A program made the position numbers and the translations under genes. A stretch of 62,086 nt of DNA from a virus. Taxonomy: Duplodnaviria; Caudoviricetes. The notes under the pieces are model-generated. The model ran no database searches and was not told where the DNA came from. It worked only from the letters and a program-made list of their open reading frames with translations. Where the stretch lies: IMG/VR virus record IMGVR_UViG_3300008120_000239, positions 1 to 62,086 of that record. One strand, given 5' to 3'. Of the stretch, positions 1-9,867 are shown piece by piece (position 1 is the stretch's first letter; every line of letters starts with the position of its first letter).

Positions 1-626
1 TCTACTCCGTCAACTCCTGAAGTTCCGTCTGTACCTGAAATGCCGTCTGTTCCTGAAGTACCGTCTATTCCGTCAATTCCTGAAGTTCCGTCTGTACCTG
101 AAATGCCGTCTGTTCCTGATGTACCGTCAACCCCATCAAGTCCTGAAGTTCCATCAATCCCATCAAGTCCTGAAGTTCCATCTACTCCGTCAACTCCTGA
201 AGTTCCGTCTGTACCTGAAATGCCGTCTGTTCCTGAAGTGCCATCTGTTCCTGAAATGCCGTCTGTTCCTGAAGTACCATCTACTCCGTCAATTCCTGAA
301 GTACCATCAACCCCATCAAGTCCTGATGTTCCGTTTATCCCTGAAGATCCAGATGTGCCTCTTGTTCCTGAAGATCCCGATGTGCCTGAAGATCCCGATG
401 TTCCGTTTATCCCTGAAGATCCCGATGTGCCCCTTGTTCCAGAAGATCCTGATGTGCCTGAAGATCCAGATGTGCCTCTTGTTCCAGAAGATCCTGATGT
501 GCCTGATGTTCCCGATGTGCCTCTTGTTCCAGAAGATCCAGATGTGCCTGAAGACCCTGATGTGCCATTTGTAGCTGATGTTCCTGATGTACCGCTGGTT
601 CCTGTGTCACCAGATGTTCCAGTACC
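1..626 (-). repeat. 9-bp-periodic tandem repeats encoding Gly-X-Y triplets
   Basis: Recurring units such as cctgatgtg/cctgaagat/tccgtctgt on the plus strand, which read GTS/GSS/GTD on the minus strand. Confidence 0.9.
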
Positions 627-917
627 CATCTGTGTCCAAATTGTTCCATCGGATTTATAGATATAATTGTCTGTTGTGTTGTAGTATATTCCGCCTAAAA
701 CGGGGGTGGGATCTGTTGTATATTTCGGTATTACCAATTGTTCGTCTATTATTACCCCATAAGACTCAATTGTTCCCGATACGGTTAGATTTTCTACAAT
801 AGATCCAGTACCATCTAACAGTGTTCTGTCGTCTACTGGATCTGTTTGTAGTAATCTATAAAATGATTCGGATACTGATAATTCAGATAAATTTCTGGTT
901 ATTTTTGGATCTGCCAA
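1..917 (-). CDS. Collagen-like (Gly-X-Y, Ser/Thr-rich) fibre/virion protein, running off the window edge
   Basis: Manual translation from TTG at 917: [27 protein letters not shown]...[38 protein letters not shown]..., then continuous [12 protein letters not shown] triplets to position 1. It is not in the ORF track because there is no stop codon in the window. Confidence 0.85.
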   Translation of the reverse strand, partial: MADPKITRNLSELSVSESFYRLLQTDPVDDRTLLDGTGSIVENLTVSGTIESYGVIIDEQLVIPKYTTDPTPVLGGIYYNTTDNYIYKSDGTIWTQMGTGTSGDTGTSGTSGTSATNGTSGSSGTSGSSGTRGTSGTSGTSGSSGTRGTSGSSGTSGSSGTRGTSGSSGINGTSGSSGTSGSSGTRGTSGSSGINGTSGLDGVDGTSGIDGVDGTSGTDGISGTDGTSGTDGISGTDGTSGVDGVDGTSGLDGIDGTSGLDGVDGTSGTDGISGTDGTSGIDGIDGTSGTDGISGTDGTSGVDGV

Positions 918-1050
918 TTTTTTTCTCTCACTATATCAAAAAATGTATTGTAATGGAACATTTATTGAAATTTAGAAATGTTTTGTTAAGCTACAGTACT
1001 TGCAGAGTATATCTCAGAAATAAATATCATTTAAAAAAATATTATGTCAA

Positions 1051-2199
1051 TCAACTAACAACTTTTTTTTCTAATATGGGTTTAACCATATCAAATGTGA
1101 TAGATTTGGTACATTCAAATTGTTTTTCAGTTCCTTTGTGGTCAGGACACCAATTCCAATCACCCGCATCTAATCTGTGTCTGTTAAAACAACTATTACA
1201 AACACTATCATTAAATACACGGTCAACCGAATCGTCAATAAATTCTGATATTGGATTACTAAATCCTGATATTAATACTATTGGCAAATCTAATGTCCAT
1301 GCCAACCAAGTTAATCCTGAACCTATTCCGATGAAAAACTCACAGGTTAGCATTTCTTTAATAAGATCTGTTATAGATCCTGCTGGAAATTTTGTTGCTC
1401 CTATTGGGTGATTATTACCCATGTAACCATCCCCTTCCTTTGATAATATTACGGGTTCATATCCATGTTCCAATAAGTAATCGGTCACTTGTTGCCACCC
1501 CGTTGGATTATTCCAATATTTTGCTTGTGCAGTGGAATGTATTCCAAACCCAACTTTCTTTTTCTTTTGAACTTGCGGTAGATTTAATTTAGCTTTAACA
1601 TGTTTAAATTCCAATCCTAAAATATCCGAAGCTGTTTGTTGTAAAGATATTTGTCTAAAATCTTTTGGATTTCTTGAATAATCAAAAACACCATTCTCAT
1701 TATAATACCAACCCAATGTGTACATGGCATACAAATCTTTAACAGGTGTTCCAGGCTCAACAAATTCTATATCAGGGTATTGATCCTTGAATAGGTAATT
1801 CCAAAAAGTTGAACATACTACTTTACATCCCCATTTTTCTCCAAACTCTTGAGCATAAGGAAACCAAGCTAATGTATCACCCAATGATTTTGATTCTAAT
1901 GCAATATAAACACGTTTTCCACGAGCATCATATTTGTGTTCGTGGATTAGTGTATCACCATCGTATACCTTACAGGTATATTGGTCAAAATATTTTTTAG
2001 TTGTTCTCGCCCAAGAATTTGAATTTATAATAGTTCTATATTCACATTGTCCATTATTGTTCCAAAATTCAACTCTATATTGTTTATCGAAAACGGATTT
2101 TATTTCAACAGTAGCACCACGAACAAAATTAACTATAACCTCAGTGGCTATTGTATTGTTTACCAAATTATCATTTTTATTTATATTATCGTATATCAT
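1051..2199 (-). CDS. Aah/TibC-like protein O-heptosyltransferase (GT9-like)
   Basis: SKSLGDTLAWFPY, STAQAKYWNNP, FFIGIGSGLTWLAW, and the Cys cluster CNSCFN...WNWCP...FECTKSIT typical of this family. Confidence 0.8.
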   Translation of the reverse strand: MIYDNINKNDNLVNNTIATEVIVNFVRGATVEIKSVFDKQYRVEFWNNNGQCEYRTIINSNSWARTTKKYFDQYTCKVYDGDTLIHEHKYDARGKRVYIALESKSLGDTLAWFPYAQEFGEKWGCKVVCSTFWNYLFKDQYPDIEFVEPGTPVKDLYAMYTLGWYYNENGVFDYSRNPKDFRQISLQQTASDILGLEFKHVKAKLNLPQVQKKKKVGFGIHSTAQAKYWNNPTGWQQVTDYLLEHGYEPVILSKEGDGYMGNNHPIGATKFPAGSITDLIKEMLTCEFFIGIGSGLTWLAWTLDLPIVLISGFSNPISEFIDDSVDRVFNDSVCNSCFNRHRLDAGDWNWCPDHKGTEKQFECTKSITFDMVKPILEKKVVS

Positions 2200-2209
2200 A
2201 GTTCACCTA

Positions 2210-4507
2210 TTATAATAAATGTTTGAATCTGTATTCCTCGCTTCTAATCTCGTCTTTAGTATATTTTTCAATAACGATACAATTTGGATAATATGATATT
2301 GATTTTATATGTAAATCGTTTGTATGGTTACTGTAGTTATTATTTACAGAATGGTTTAATTTTACGAAATGATCTATTATATTTTCTTCACCAACCACAT
2401 ATCCATAGATAGTACTGTTTGGATTCCAATAGCTACATTCAATATCTTCTATCACATAAACACCACCCCAATCCAACATATTCTCAAACAAATAATAAAA
2501 CGATTTTAATTGATGGTCTATGACATGACTACCATCATCTATTATTATTTCACATTTTCCTATTTGATTTTTAATACGTGTCAAATCATCTAAGTTACTC
2601 TGATCAGCTTTAAATACTTCACCACGTTCATATTTCAATTCAACACCTATATCCATACCGTATATTTTTGCCTTTGGTAGAAAATTTTCCCAAACTTTCA
2701 ATGATTTTCCGGCATCTATACCAATTTCAAATATAGTACATGTCTTATCTCTGAATTTTTTAAGGTAGGTGTCGTATGGGTATTCATACCTATGATCTAT
2801 AGATTTATCACAACCAAATGCCTTTGATATTGTAGCGAAATCAGCACCTTCAAGATTATCTGCTGTTTCAAACTGTGAAGTACCCTCTCTATCCAATACA
2901 TTTTCTGCCTTTAATGTTTCATATATCTCATAATTAATTTTTATACCATCCGTTTTCAAATAATGTCTATGTAATTTTCCCTCTAAGATTGCAAACCCTT
3001 CACTGTTACCACCTGAATAGTATTCGTCCTTACTTTTATATTTTTGAAAAAAATCATTGATAGCTTCTATTTTTCCGGATATTATACCTGAACTGACACT
3101 ATCTTCCATATAATTTGTAGTGGTGTGTTTATAGAGAATCAAATCTGACTCTTTTAATGTTTCGTAATTTTTAGCAAAAACGCTATCATTAATTAGGTAA
3201 TCGTAATTAATAATGTGTGTAATTTTTTTACCTAAACTCTGTGCATACCGAAGTGCATTTTGTATTAACGTGTACACAGCATATCCATGTTCATAATCAA
3301 ATAGTTTTGAGTGTCTAACACCATTATCATCTGTTTTAAAAGCATAGTAAGCAACATCATATTTTTTAAACTCATCACTATACAAAATTGGATTGTTCTT
3401 TGTGTAAAGAACATGGTCACATAACTTTTCAACCGATTCATCTACAAAATAGTTAGTAGATAGTAAAACTTCTCTATTGATATTTTCTAAACACTCCATC
3501 AATAATCTTTTTTTATATGGAGTATTTGGGTGTGATAAAACAATTACTATTTCATCATCATTTTTTTTAGTTTCCATTTTTTGCCTTAAATTTTGTATGT
3601 TTAATCGTTTGTTATCTGTTATGTATGTTACCACACCATCATAAGCATTTTTGTATGTATCCAATTTTTTTATAAAAGTTGGCAACCCATAACTTAAAGC
3701 CTCTTTTACCACCAATGGATTTAATTCAAAATTTGAAGTGAAATAAAATACATCAGCTGCCTTATAGAATTTATCAACATCATTTCTTTCACCGTGCCAA
3801 ATACAATTATTTGGAAACTCCTTCATAATAGGTTCCCAATAATGTTTAAAATTTATAGCTTGATTACCAACGAAATGAAATAATACTTTTTCATCTTTAA
3901 ATTCTTTTGCTAATTCTATTAACTCACCCTGATTTTTTCCAGGTGTAAATAAACCAACATTGAGTACGTGTTTGTAATTCGAGTCAAATCCCAATTCTTT
4001 TTTCGCCAAATCTTTATCATACTCAATGTTATCGATGGGATATTCCCAAACATCACATATAGACTCGTCAAATACTTCAGTAAATCTATCTTTACTCCAT
4101 TCAGATACTAAAATATATTTATCAGCACCGAAAACTATTTGTGATGGATTGGTCATTGAACCGTGTGTTGTAACTACAATTGAATACTTTCTGTTATTGT
4201 GATATATTTTTTCTAATAGATCCGCCTTCACAAAAGATTCAGGTATTTCTTGGAAGTGTATAACATCGGGATTTACTTCTTCTATTATTTCTAATATTTT
4301 AGTCTTGTCATCTAATAGACTATAAAACTTTTCACCCAATATATTAACCACTTGATTTCGTTGTACAACAAATACCCCACCTGTATGATTTGAGTATTCT
4401 ATACAATACACTTCATTTTCTTTACTGAATTCCTGTATCATCTTTAGTGTGTACTGTGGCAATCCACCTGTTGAGAGATGTGGTACTATATGTAATATTT
4501 TTTTCAT
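2210..4507 (-). CDS. Multidomain glycosyltransferase: GT4 + GT-A-like domain + C-terminal SAM methyltransferase
   Basis: PHLSTGGLPQY, VGLFTPGKNQ and ELNPLVVKEALSYG (GT4); FEIGIDAGKSL, IIIDDGSH and GGVYVIEDI (class I methyltransferase). Confidence 0.8.
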   Translation of the reverse strand: MKKILHIVPHLSTGGLPQYTLKMIQEFSKENEVYCIEYSNHTGGVFVVQRNQVVNILGEKFYSLLDDKTKILEIIEEVNPDVIHFQEIPESFVKADLLEKIYHNNRKYSIVVTTHGSMTNPSQIVFGADKYILVSEWSKDRFTEVFDESICDVWEYPIDNIEYDKDLAKKELGFDSNYKHVLNVGLFTPGKNQGELIELAKEFKDEKVLFHFVGNQAINFKHYWEPIMKEFPNNCIWHGERNDVDKFYKAADVFYFTSNFELNPLVVKEALSYGLPTFIKKLDTYKNAYDGVVTYITDNKRLNIQNLRQKMETKKNDDEIVIVLSHPNTPYKKRLLMECLENINREVLLSTNYFVDESVEKLCDHVLYTKNNPILYSDEFKKYDVAYYAFKTDDNGVRHSKLFDYEHGYAVYTLIQNALRYAQSLGKKITHIINYDYLINDSVFAKNYETLKESDLILYKHTTTNYMEDSVSSGIISGKIEAINDFFQKYKSKDEYYSGGNSEGFAILEGKLHRHYLKTDGIKINYEIYETLKAENVLDREGTSQFETADNLEGADFATISKAFGCDKSIDHRYEYPYDTYLKKFRDKTCTIFEIGIDAGKSLKVWENFLPKAKIYGMDIGVELKYERGEVFKADQSNLDDLTRIKNQIGKCEIIIDDGSHVIDHQLKSFYYLFENMLDWGGVYVIEDIECSYWNPNSTIYGYVVGEENIIDHFVKLNHSVNNNYSNHTNDLHIKSISYYPNCIVIEKYTKDEIRSEEYRFKHLL

Positions 4508-4519
4508 ATCATCCTCATT

Positions 4520-7500
4520 TTAAAAATTTATAGAAGAAAATCCCTTTTCCTTCTTTATATCTATTTGACTATCTACAATATCACGGACTACATCTATGTG
4601 TGATATTAGTATAATAAATTCCATTTGTGTTTTTAAGTAATCTAAAAACAAAGAGAAATTATTCAATACTGTTGCATCTAAAGAACCTAATCCTTCATCT
4701 ATTACCATAAAGTTTGGTCTTGGTAATGATGATATGTTTATAAGTGCAGTTCTTATTGCAAGCGATGAAATAAACTTTTCCATTCCACTTGATAACTCTA
4801 AAGCCCAAAAATGTTCATCGTCATAAACTATGTATGTGTTTATACTCTTACCATCGGTATCGAACAATACTTGAAAATCTACGATATTGGATAAAATATT
4901 ATTTGTTTCAGCTTGTACTTTTGGTAGAGCTTGTGCTATTAATTCATATGGTACACCGTTTCTATTTACAGCCTTTAAGTAGTAATCATAAGCATGAAAT
5001 TCGGTTTCCAATTCTTTTAATTTATTTATGGATTCATTGCACTCATTTATAATCTGTTGATATACTTTTACTTCACCACTACATTCTATTATTTTATTTT
5101 CTAATTCCTTTAAACGTAATGTTGAAAGATTATACTTTTCTTTTTCTATCTCTTTCAATTGTTTAAGTACCGTTTCATTTTTTAAAATTGCGTCTTGATT
5201 CTCATGGTATCTCTGTATTAGCTCATCTATTTTTGTTATAGATTCTATCAATTCTTTTTTGGAATCATTCTTTGAATACAAAGTTTTTTCTAAATTATGT
5301 ATTTGTTTTTGAACGTCAAATAGTGCATTTTCAATATGATATAACTTATCTAATTCACTATAAACAGATATGCCGATTTTTAGTTCTGTTTCTATTTCAT
5401 TAACTTTGTTTTGTGTTAATTTCAAATCTTCCATGAAACCAATCAAATCATTTTCTGCCTTTTTAGCATCTTTAACAAAAACATTATTTACACAGAATTT
5501 ACAATTAGGATCATATTCATGTGATTTCAGATTATCAATTTTTGATTCACAATGATTTACACTTGATTTTATTGCACGAACATCAGATTCATACTTTGCC
5601 AATTCTGTTTTGAGAGAATCTATTTTATCTCGTTTATCAATTAATGCTTTTCTATCTATATTTGATAGACCAACCTGATAATCATTAACCTTATTGTTTA
5701 GGGATTTTATTTCTGATTCCAATTCTTGAATTTCAGTCTTTACGGATTTTCCTTTTTTTACGAGGGTATCTCTTTTTTCTTCCAAATCTTCCAAAGATTT
5801 ATTTTCCAAATTGACATCTATTTGTATTAGTTTTTTATTCAGTTTAATAACTTCTTCACTCAAATCTTCGATTGTTTTGTTTGTCAAATCTCTATCATCA
5901 ATTAACTCATCTAATTGTGTAGAGTATTGTTTAAACTTTACTTTTGATTCCGCTATTTTTGATGAGTAGTCTTTTTTACTAAATTCCTTTATAAGGGTTT
6001 GAACACTTTTTATATCATCAGAAGCAATGGCATTTAATTCTTCAAACAAATCTAAGTCTAAAAATTGAGCTAACAAGTCTTTACGTTCTCTTTGTGCCTT
6101 ATCAACAAAATTAGTATTATTACCTTGAAGTGACATGGTTGTTATGATGAAATCATCATATGTACCCAAGTATTTTCTAATTATAAAATTGGTAGAATCT
6201 CTATCTTGGCCATTGAGACTTGTTTTCACACCATCTTCTTCTGACCAAAAATCAACATTGACTTTTACATTTCCTTTTTTATCTTTAACACCGTTTCTTT
6301 CAATCCAATATGATTTACCAGCAAGCATGAAGTTAAATTTACATCTAAAGGTTTCTTTGCTGTTATTCAAAACTTGGGAAGCTTTGTATGTCCTTGAACA
6401 TTTATCGAATATACAGAACATTATTGCGTCCATTATTGATGACTTCCCACTTGCATTGGCAGCAAATAATCCATATACACCATTCATTTTTGAGAAATCA
6501 ACGATGTTACCTTCACCATACGAAAACATATTCTCAAATTCAAAATACATTGGTTGCCAAATAAGGTTTCTTACTATGTCTGATTCGGACAACTTAGTAT
6601 TTATGTTTCTGTTTATATTAGCAATTTTTTCCAATATGTCATCTGTTACATTATAACGAGAACGTATGAAATCTTTTATCAAAGAGTTTTGATGTTCAAC
6701 ATCACGCACGTCTCCAATTGGATTTGTATTTATTTGTAATTGACTCGTCAATTTATTACTTATACGTTGTACACGAATATCAACTATGTTTGCTTTAGAT
6801 TTTAATTCGGTAACAATATTGAATATATCTGAATTATTGGTGTTGTTGGATTTTATTCTAACACAATTAAATTTTGAATATTCTGTTGGGTATTCCTTTA
6901 CTACCCCGTTGTCAACTTCAACAGTATGATATGTCCAATCGTTTCTTATTCTTAAAAATTTTGATTTGTCATTCTTTATATCCCACTCTATTATACCGTG
7001 AATAAGACCTTCACCAAAATTTTGTTGAATCAAAGATCCAGCATAAGCAAATTTACACGTAGGTTCTAAGTATTGAAATTTATGAATATCACCGAACATA
7101 CCATAATCAAAGCCATCAAATTTTTCTATAGTTATGCTTTTATTTTTCATAGTGTTTCCACTATCAGTAGAAGACATATCTATTGCACCATGAAACAACA
7201 CTATTTTCTTGTTATCACTTTGTACATCTTTTGCTAATATAAAGTTTTCAGGATCTTCATATACAGAATTTAACACAAAATCTATATCACCAATTGTGTA
7301 AACACCCGTTTCTTTTAGGTAAAATAGTTGATTAAAGTCACTATCAATCAATGATACTATTGGAGACAGTGCATCCATTCTACTCATATTATTTAAATTG
7401 CAATCGTGGTTTCCTGCTATCAAAATTGTTGGTGCTATCTTTGAAAGTGTATCCAAGAAATTAGTAACCATACTAATTAATTCGGGTGTCATATCCGTTT

Positions 7501-7699
7501 TTGCATGTACAATATCACCTGCAAGATATATTATTGTATTTTTATTTTCGGATACCTTTTCTCTACACAATTCATATAGAGATTCAAACACACTATTGTA
7601 TTCATCGTGTCTTTTAAAATTACGAATGTGAACATCGGCAATGTGTAAGATTTTTTCTACCTTACTCATTCCCGATAAGTGTACATATTCTTTAAGCAT
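4520..7699 (-). CDS. Fused Mre11/SbcD nuclease - Rad50/SbcC ATPase (T4 gp47-gp46-like)
   Basis: N-terminal HIADVH, AGDIVH, AGNHD, FHG and GDIH phosphoesterase motifs; Walker A NASGKSS; coiled coil with CKFC hook; SSGMEK signature; IDEGLGSLD; ISH. Confidence 0.9.
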   Translation of the reverse strand: MLKEYVHLSGMSKVEKILHIADVHIRNFKRHDEYNSVFESLYELCREKVSENKNTIIYLAGDIVHAKTDMTPELISMVTNFLDTLSKIAPTILIAGNHDCNLNNMSRMDALSPIVSLIDSDFNQLFYLKETGVYTIGDIDFVLNSVYEDPENFILAKDVQSDNKKIVLFHGAIDMSSTDSGNTMKNKSITIEKFDGFDYGMFGDIHKFQYLEPTCKFAYAGSLIQQNFGEGLIHGIIEWDIKNDKSKFLRIRNDWTYHTVEVDNGVVKEYPTEYSKFNCVRIKSNNTNNSDIFNIVTELKSKANIVDIRVQRISNKLTSQLQINTNPIGDVRDVEHQNSLIKDFIRSRYNVTDDILEKIANINRNINTKLSESDIVRNLIWQPMYFEFENMFSYGEGNIVDFSKMNGVYGLFAANASGKSSIMDAIMFCIFDKCSRTYKASQVLNNSKETFRCKFNFMLAGKSYWIERNGVKDKKGNVKVNVDFWSEEDGVKTSLNGQDRDSTNFIIRKYLGTYDDFIITTMSLQGNNTNFVDKAQRERKDLLAQFLDLDLFEELNAIASDDIKSVQTLIKEFSKKDYSSKIAESKVKFKQYSTQLDELIDDRDLTNKTIEDLSEEVIKLNKKLIQIDVNLENKSLEDLEEKRDTLVKKGKSVKTEIQELESEIKSLNNKVNDYQVGLSNIDRKALIDKRDKIDSLKTELAKYESDVRAIKSSVNHCESKIDNLKSHEYDPNCKFCVNNVFVKDAKKAENDLIGFMEDLKLTQNKVNEIETELKIGISVYSELDKLYHIENALFDVQKQIHNLEKTLYSKNDSKKELIESITKIDELIQRYHENQDAILKNETVLKQLKEIEKEKYNLSTLRLKELENKIIECSGEVKVYQQIINECNESINKLKELETEFHAYDYYLKAVNRNGVPYELIAQALPKVQAETNNILSNIVDFQVLFDTDGKSINTYIVYDDEHFWALELSSGMEKFISSLAIRTALINISSLPRPNFMVIDEGLGSLDATVLNNFSLFLDYLKTQMEFIILISHIDVVRDIVDSQIDIKKEKGFSSINF

Positions 7700-8648
7700 A
7701 TAATATCCTTTGTTTGATTATATCGTAACTGTCTGTTTTGGGTGTTTGTTTTTTTATTACGGAAAAATTATTGAAACCTAATTCATTTACATCTTTTGCT
7801 TGCATGTTTAATATTGAAACATCAATACCATTTGACAATAAATAATTTGAAATTCTAAAGGCATCTACTTTAGCATCATTATCCAATGCAACAATAACTT
7901 TCGGTGGTCTTCTTAATATTATCTTTTCTTTTAACTTATTTGATAGAGTTTTACCAAAAAGTGGTATTGCATTGAACCGTGCTGTTATTGCATCAAAAGC
8001 ACCTTCAACCAAAGTTATTGGTTCATCCCAATTTATAAAGGACTCAAACCCTATAACATCTTTACTTACTTTTGGATTTTTATGTTTGTATAGTTCATCT
8101 TCAAAAACGGTTCTTGATACAAAATAGTTTAATTCGTAGTTTGCATCGTAGGATGGTATTATTATCCTACCGAAGTATTTTCCTGAAGGACAGTATCCTA
8201 TATCATAACGTAGAATATCTGTTTTTGTTAAACCACGTTTTTTTAGATATTCTATTGCACGTTTTAATTCTAATCTTAGTAACTTGTCGGTTTGTTTTGA
8301 GTAGTCTGCTAAACGTATAAATTCATTAGGTAATGACAATTCTTCGTGTTCATTTTTATTAGAATCATCAGCATATAAAACTCTTGTTCCTAATATTTTA
8401 TTTAAATCATCATAAAATGAACGGTTTACTTTCATACTCTTAAACAGAGCCTTTATATTTCTACCCTTCGCATTAGAAACCCAACAATGCCACGGATTGT
8501 CACTATTGTTATTCACCGTTAAATTTATTTCTAATTTAGGTTTGTAATGAGTTATAAATGGTGAGAAGAAAGCGTAGTTGTTTCCCGATGTTCGTCTTCC
8601 TTTACCCAAAACCTTTTCTAACAGATTCAATAAATCGTAATTTATCAT
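7692..8648 (-). CDS. DNA primase (TOPRIM, DnaG/gp61-like)
   Basis: YLKKRGL, RIIIPSYD, LVEGAFDA, ALDNDA motifs. Confidence 0.85.
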   Translation of the reverse strand: MINYDLLNLLEKVLGKGRRTSGNNYAFFSPFITHYKPKLEINLTVNNNSDNPWHCWVSNAKGRNIKALFKSMKVNRSFYDDLNKILGTRVLYADDSNKNEHEELSLPNEFIRLADYSKQTDKLLRLELKRAIEYLKKRGLTKTDILRYDIGYCPSGKYFGRIIIPSYDANYELNYFVSRTVFEDELYKHKNPKVSKDVIGFESFINWDEPITLVEGAFDAITARFNAIPLFGKTLSNKLKEKIILRRPPKVIVALDNDAKVDAFRISNYLLSNGIDVSILNMQAKDVNELGFNNFSVIKKQTPKTDSYDIIKQRILYA

Positions 8649-8677
8649 AAATACACGTATGTAAATAATACTTTTTT

Positions 8678-8712
8678 ATAAATATACGAAATTTATATCA
8701 TATTTACAAGCA
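8678..8712 (-). promoter_or_regulatory. Conserved promoter (TGCTTG-N20-TATATTTAT variant) upstream of primase
   Basis: Same boxes and 20-nt spacer as 12 other copies in the window. Confidence 0.65.
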
Positions 8713-9111
8713 GTTTTTTAACCATTCGTTAGGTATTTCTTTTTTTGCCCAAAGCCAACCTTTCTTATCACAATACTCTGCGTAAGTTGTTTTACTTCCT
8801 TTGTATAATTTTGCATTAGGATTTTGAAAAACGAATCGAATATCTATTCCTGGATATTGGTTGAATATCAAATCAAACTTTAATCGATCAGTTTTTACCC
8901 AACGGCCTTTGGATTCTATGTACATTTTTGTACCATCTTTTTTTGTTAGTATAAAGTCTGGTGTGTAGTTGTGTTTAGTTTCTGGTTGGATATACGATAT
9001 TTTTTCAGATTCATAACCAAATTGTTTTTTTGATTTGTTCAGTGATTCGTTTATAGTTTCTTCTAAACCACTTCTAAATCCGTGTTTTAACGCAACTTTA
9101 TTTCTTTTCAT
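8704..9111 (-). CDS. T7 endonuclease I-like Holliday junction resolvase
   Basis: GFRSGLEE, YTPDF, IESKGR, DIRFVFQN, KGSKTTYAEYC. Start placed at ATG 9111. Confidence 0.9.
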   Translation of the reverse strand: MKRNKVALKHGFRSGLEETINESLNKSKKQFGYESEKISYIQPETKHNYTPDFILTKKDGTKMYIESKGRWVKTDRLKFDLIFNQYPGIDIRFVFQNPNAKLYKGSKTTYAEYCDKKGWLWAKKEIPNEWLKNCL

Positions 9112-9866
9112 TTCAATCTTCCAAAAACCCAATTATTCAAAAGATATTCATTTATTTTAGATTTCATAACTTGTGATTCTATTATAGTATTATTCATCCA
9201 TTTAGAACCAATATGTGATTCACTCATTTTTTTTATAGATTCTTTTGATGGACTTTTGCCTATAAGTTTTGATGGTTTTCCCAATTTTGCATTTCTCATT
9301 TTTTCTTTAGATTCTTTTGAAACTATTTTTCCAGAATGAGCCATTCCAATTTTACTACGTGTTTCTGCCGATACAATACGACCCTTATTGCCAATACCTA
9401 TGTTTTTTCTATGTTCAATTGATAATTTTTTCCCACGGTTAGCTTCTGACAATTTTTTTTTAGTTTCTTCTGTTCTTGGCTTGCCATATAGCGGATGTTT
9501 GTCCCCAGCTTGTATACCTATATGTGATTTTCTTAAATTTTCTCTGTATTTTTCTGTGTAAATTTTACCAATTACACCTTCTCCGCCATCTGTCATATTT
9601 ACTAATTTACCTTCACCCAAATCCATTCGTCCATATTTTTTTATAAATTCTATTTCTTTTTTACCCGCTAAAACCCAAGCTTCCTCTTTTGTCATATTTG
9701 CATTAGATTCCCATAATATTTCCACTCTATATCCATATTTGTTGACTATATTATGCCAATATTTATTTCGATTAGTACGAGATACTGGTCTTTTATAGTC
9801 AATACCACGACCTATGTAAAAAATATCGTTAGTATCTAATCGTATATGTGCATAAATAATTGCCAT
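9108..9866 (-). CDS. GIY-YIG-like homing endonuclease with NUMOD3 repeats
   Basis: IIYAH...FYIGRG...EIEFIKKYGR...LVNMTDGGEG followed by repeated EETKKKLS-type motifs. Confidence 0.8.
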   Translation of the reverse strand: MAIIYAHIRLDTNDIFYIGRGIDYKRPVSRTNRNKYWHNIVNKYGYRVEILWESNANMTKEEAWVLAGKKEIEFIKKYGRMDLGEGKLVNMTDGGEGVIGKIYTEKYRENLRKSHIGIQAGDKHPLYGKPRTEETKKKLSEANRGKKLSIEHRKNIGIGNKGRIVSAETRSKIGMAHSGKIVSKESKEKMRNAKLGKPSKLIGKSPSKESIKKMSESHIGSKWMNNTIIESQVMKSKINEYLLNNWVFGRLK

Positions 9867-9867
9867 T

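Noticed and set aside
40-660. Plus-strand Pro/Val/Asp-rich ORF (and overlapping ORFs 119..574, 407..649)
   Set aside because: These are shadow frames of the minus-strand Gly-X-Y gene; Gly codons read as Pro on the opposite strand.
9108-9866. Intron-encoded endonuclease
   Set aside because: Both flanking genes are complete and abut it directly, so it is free-standing.
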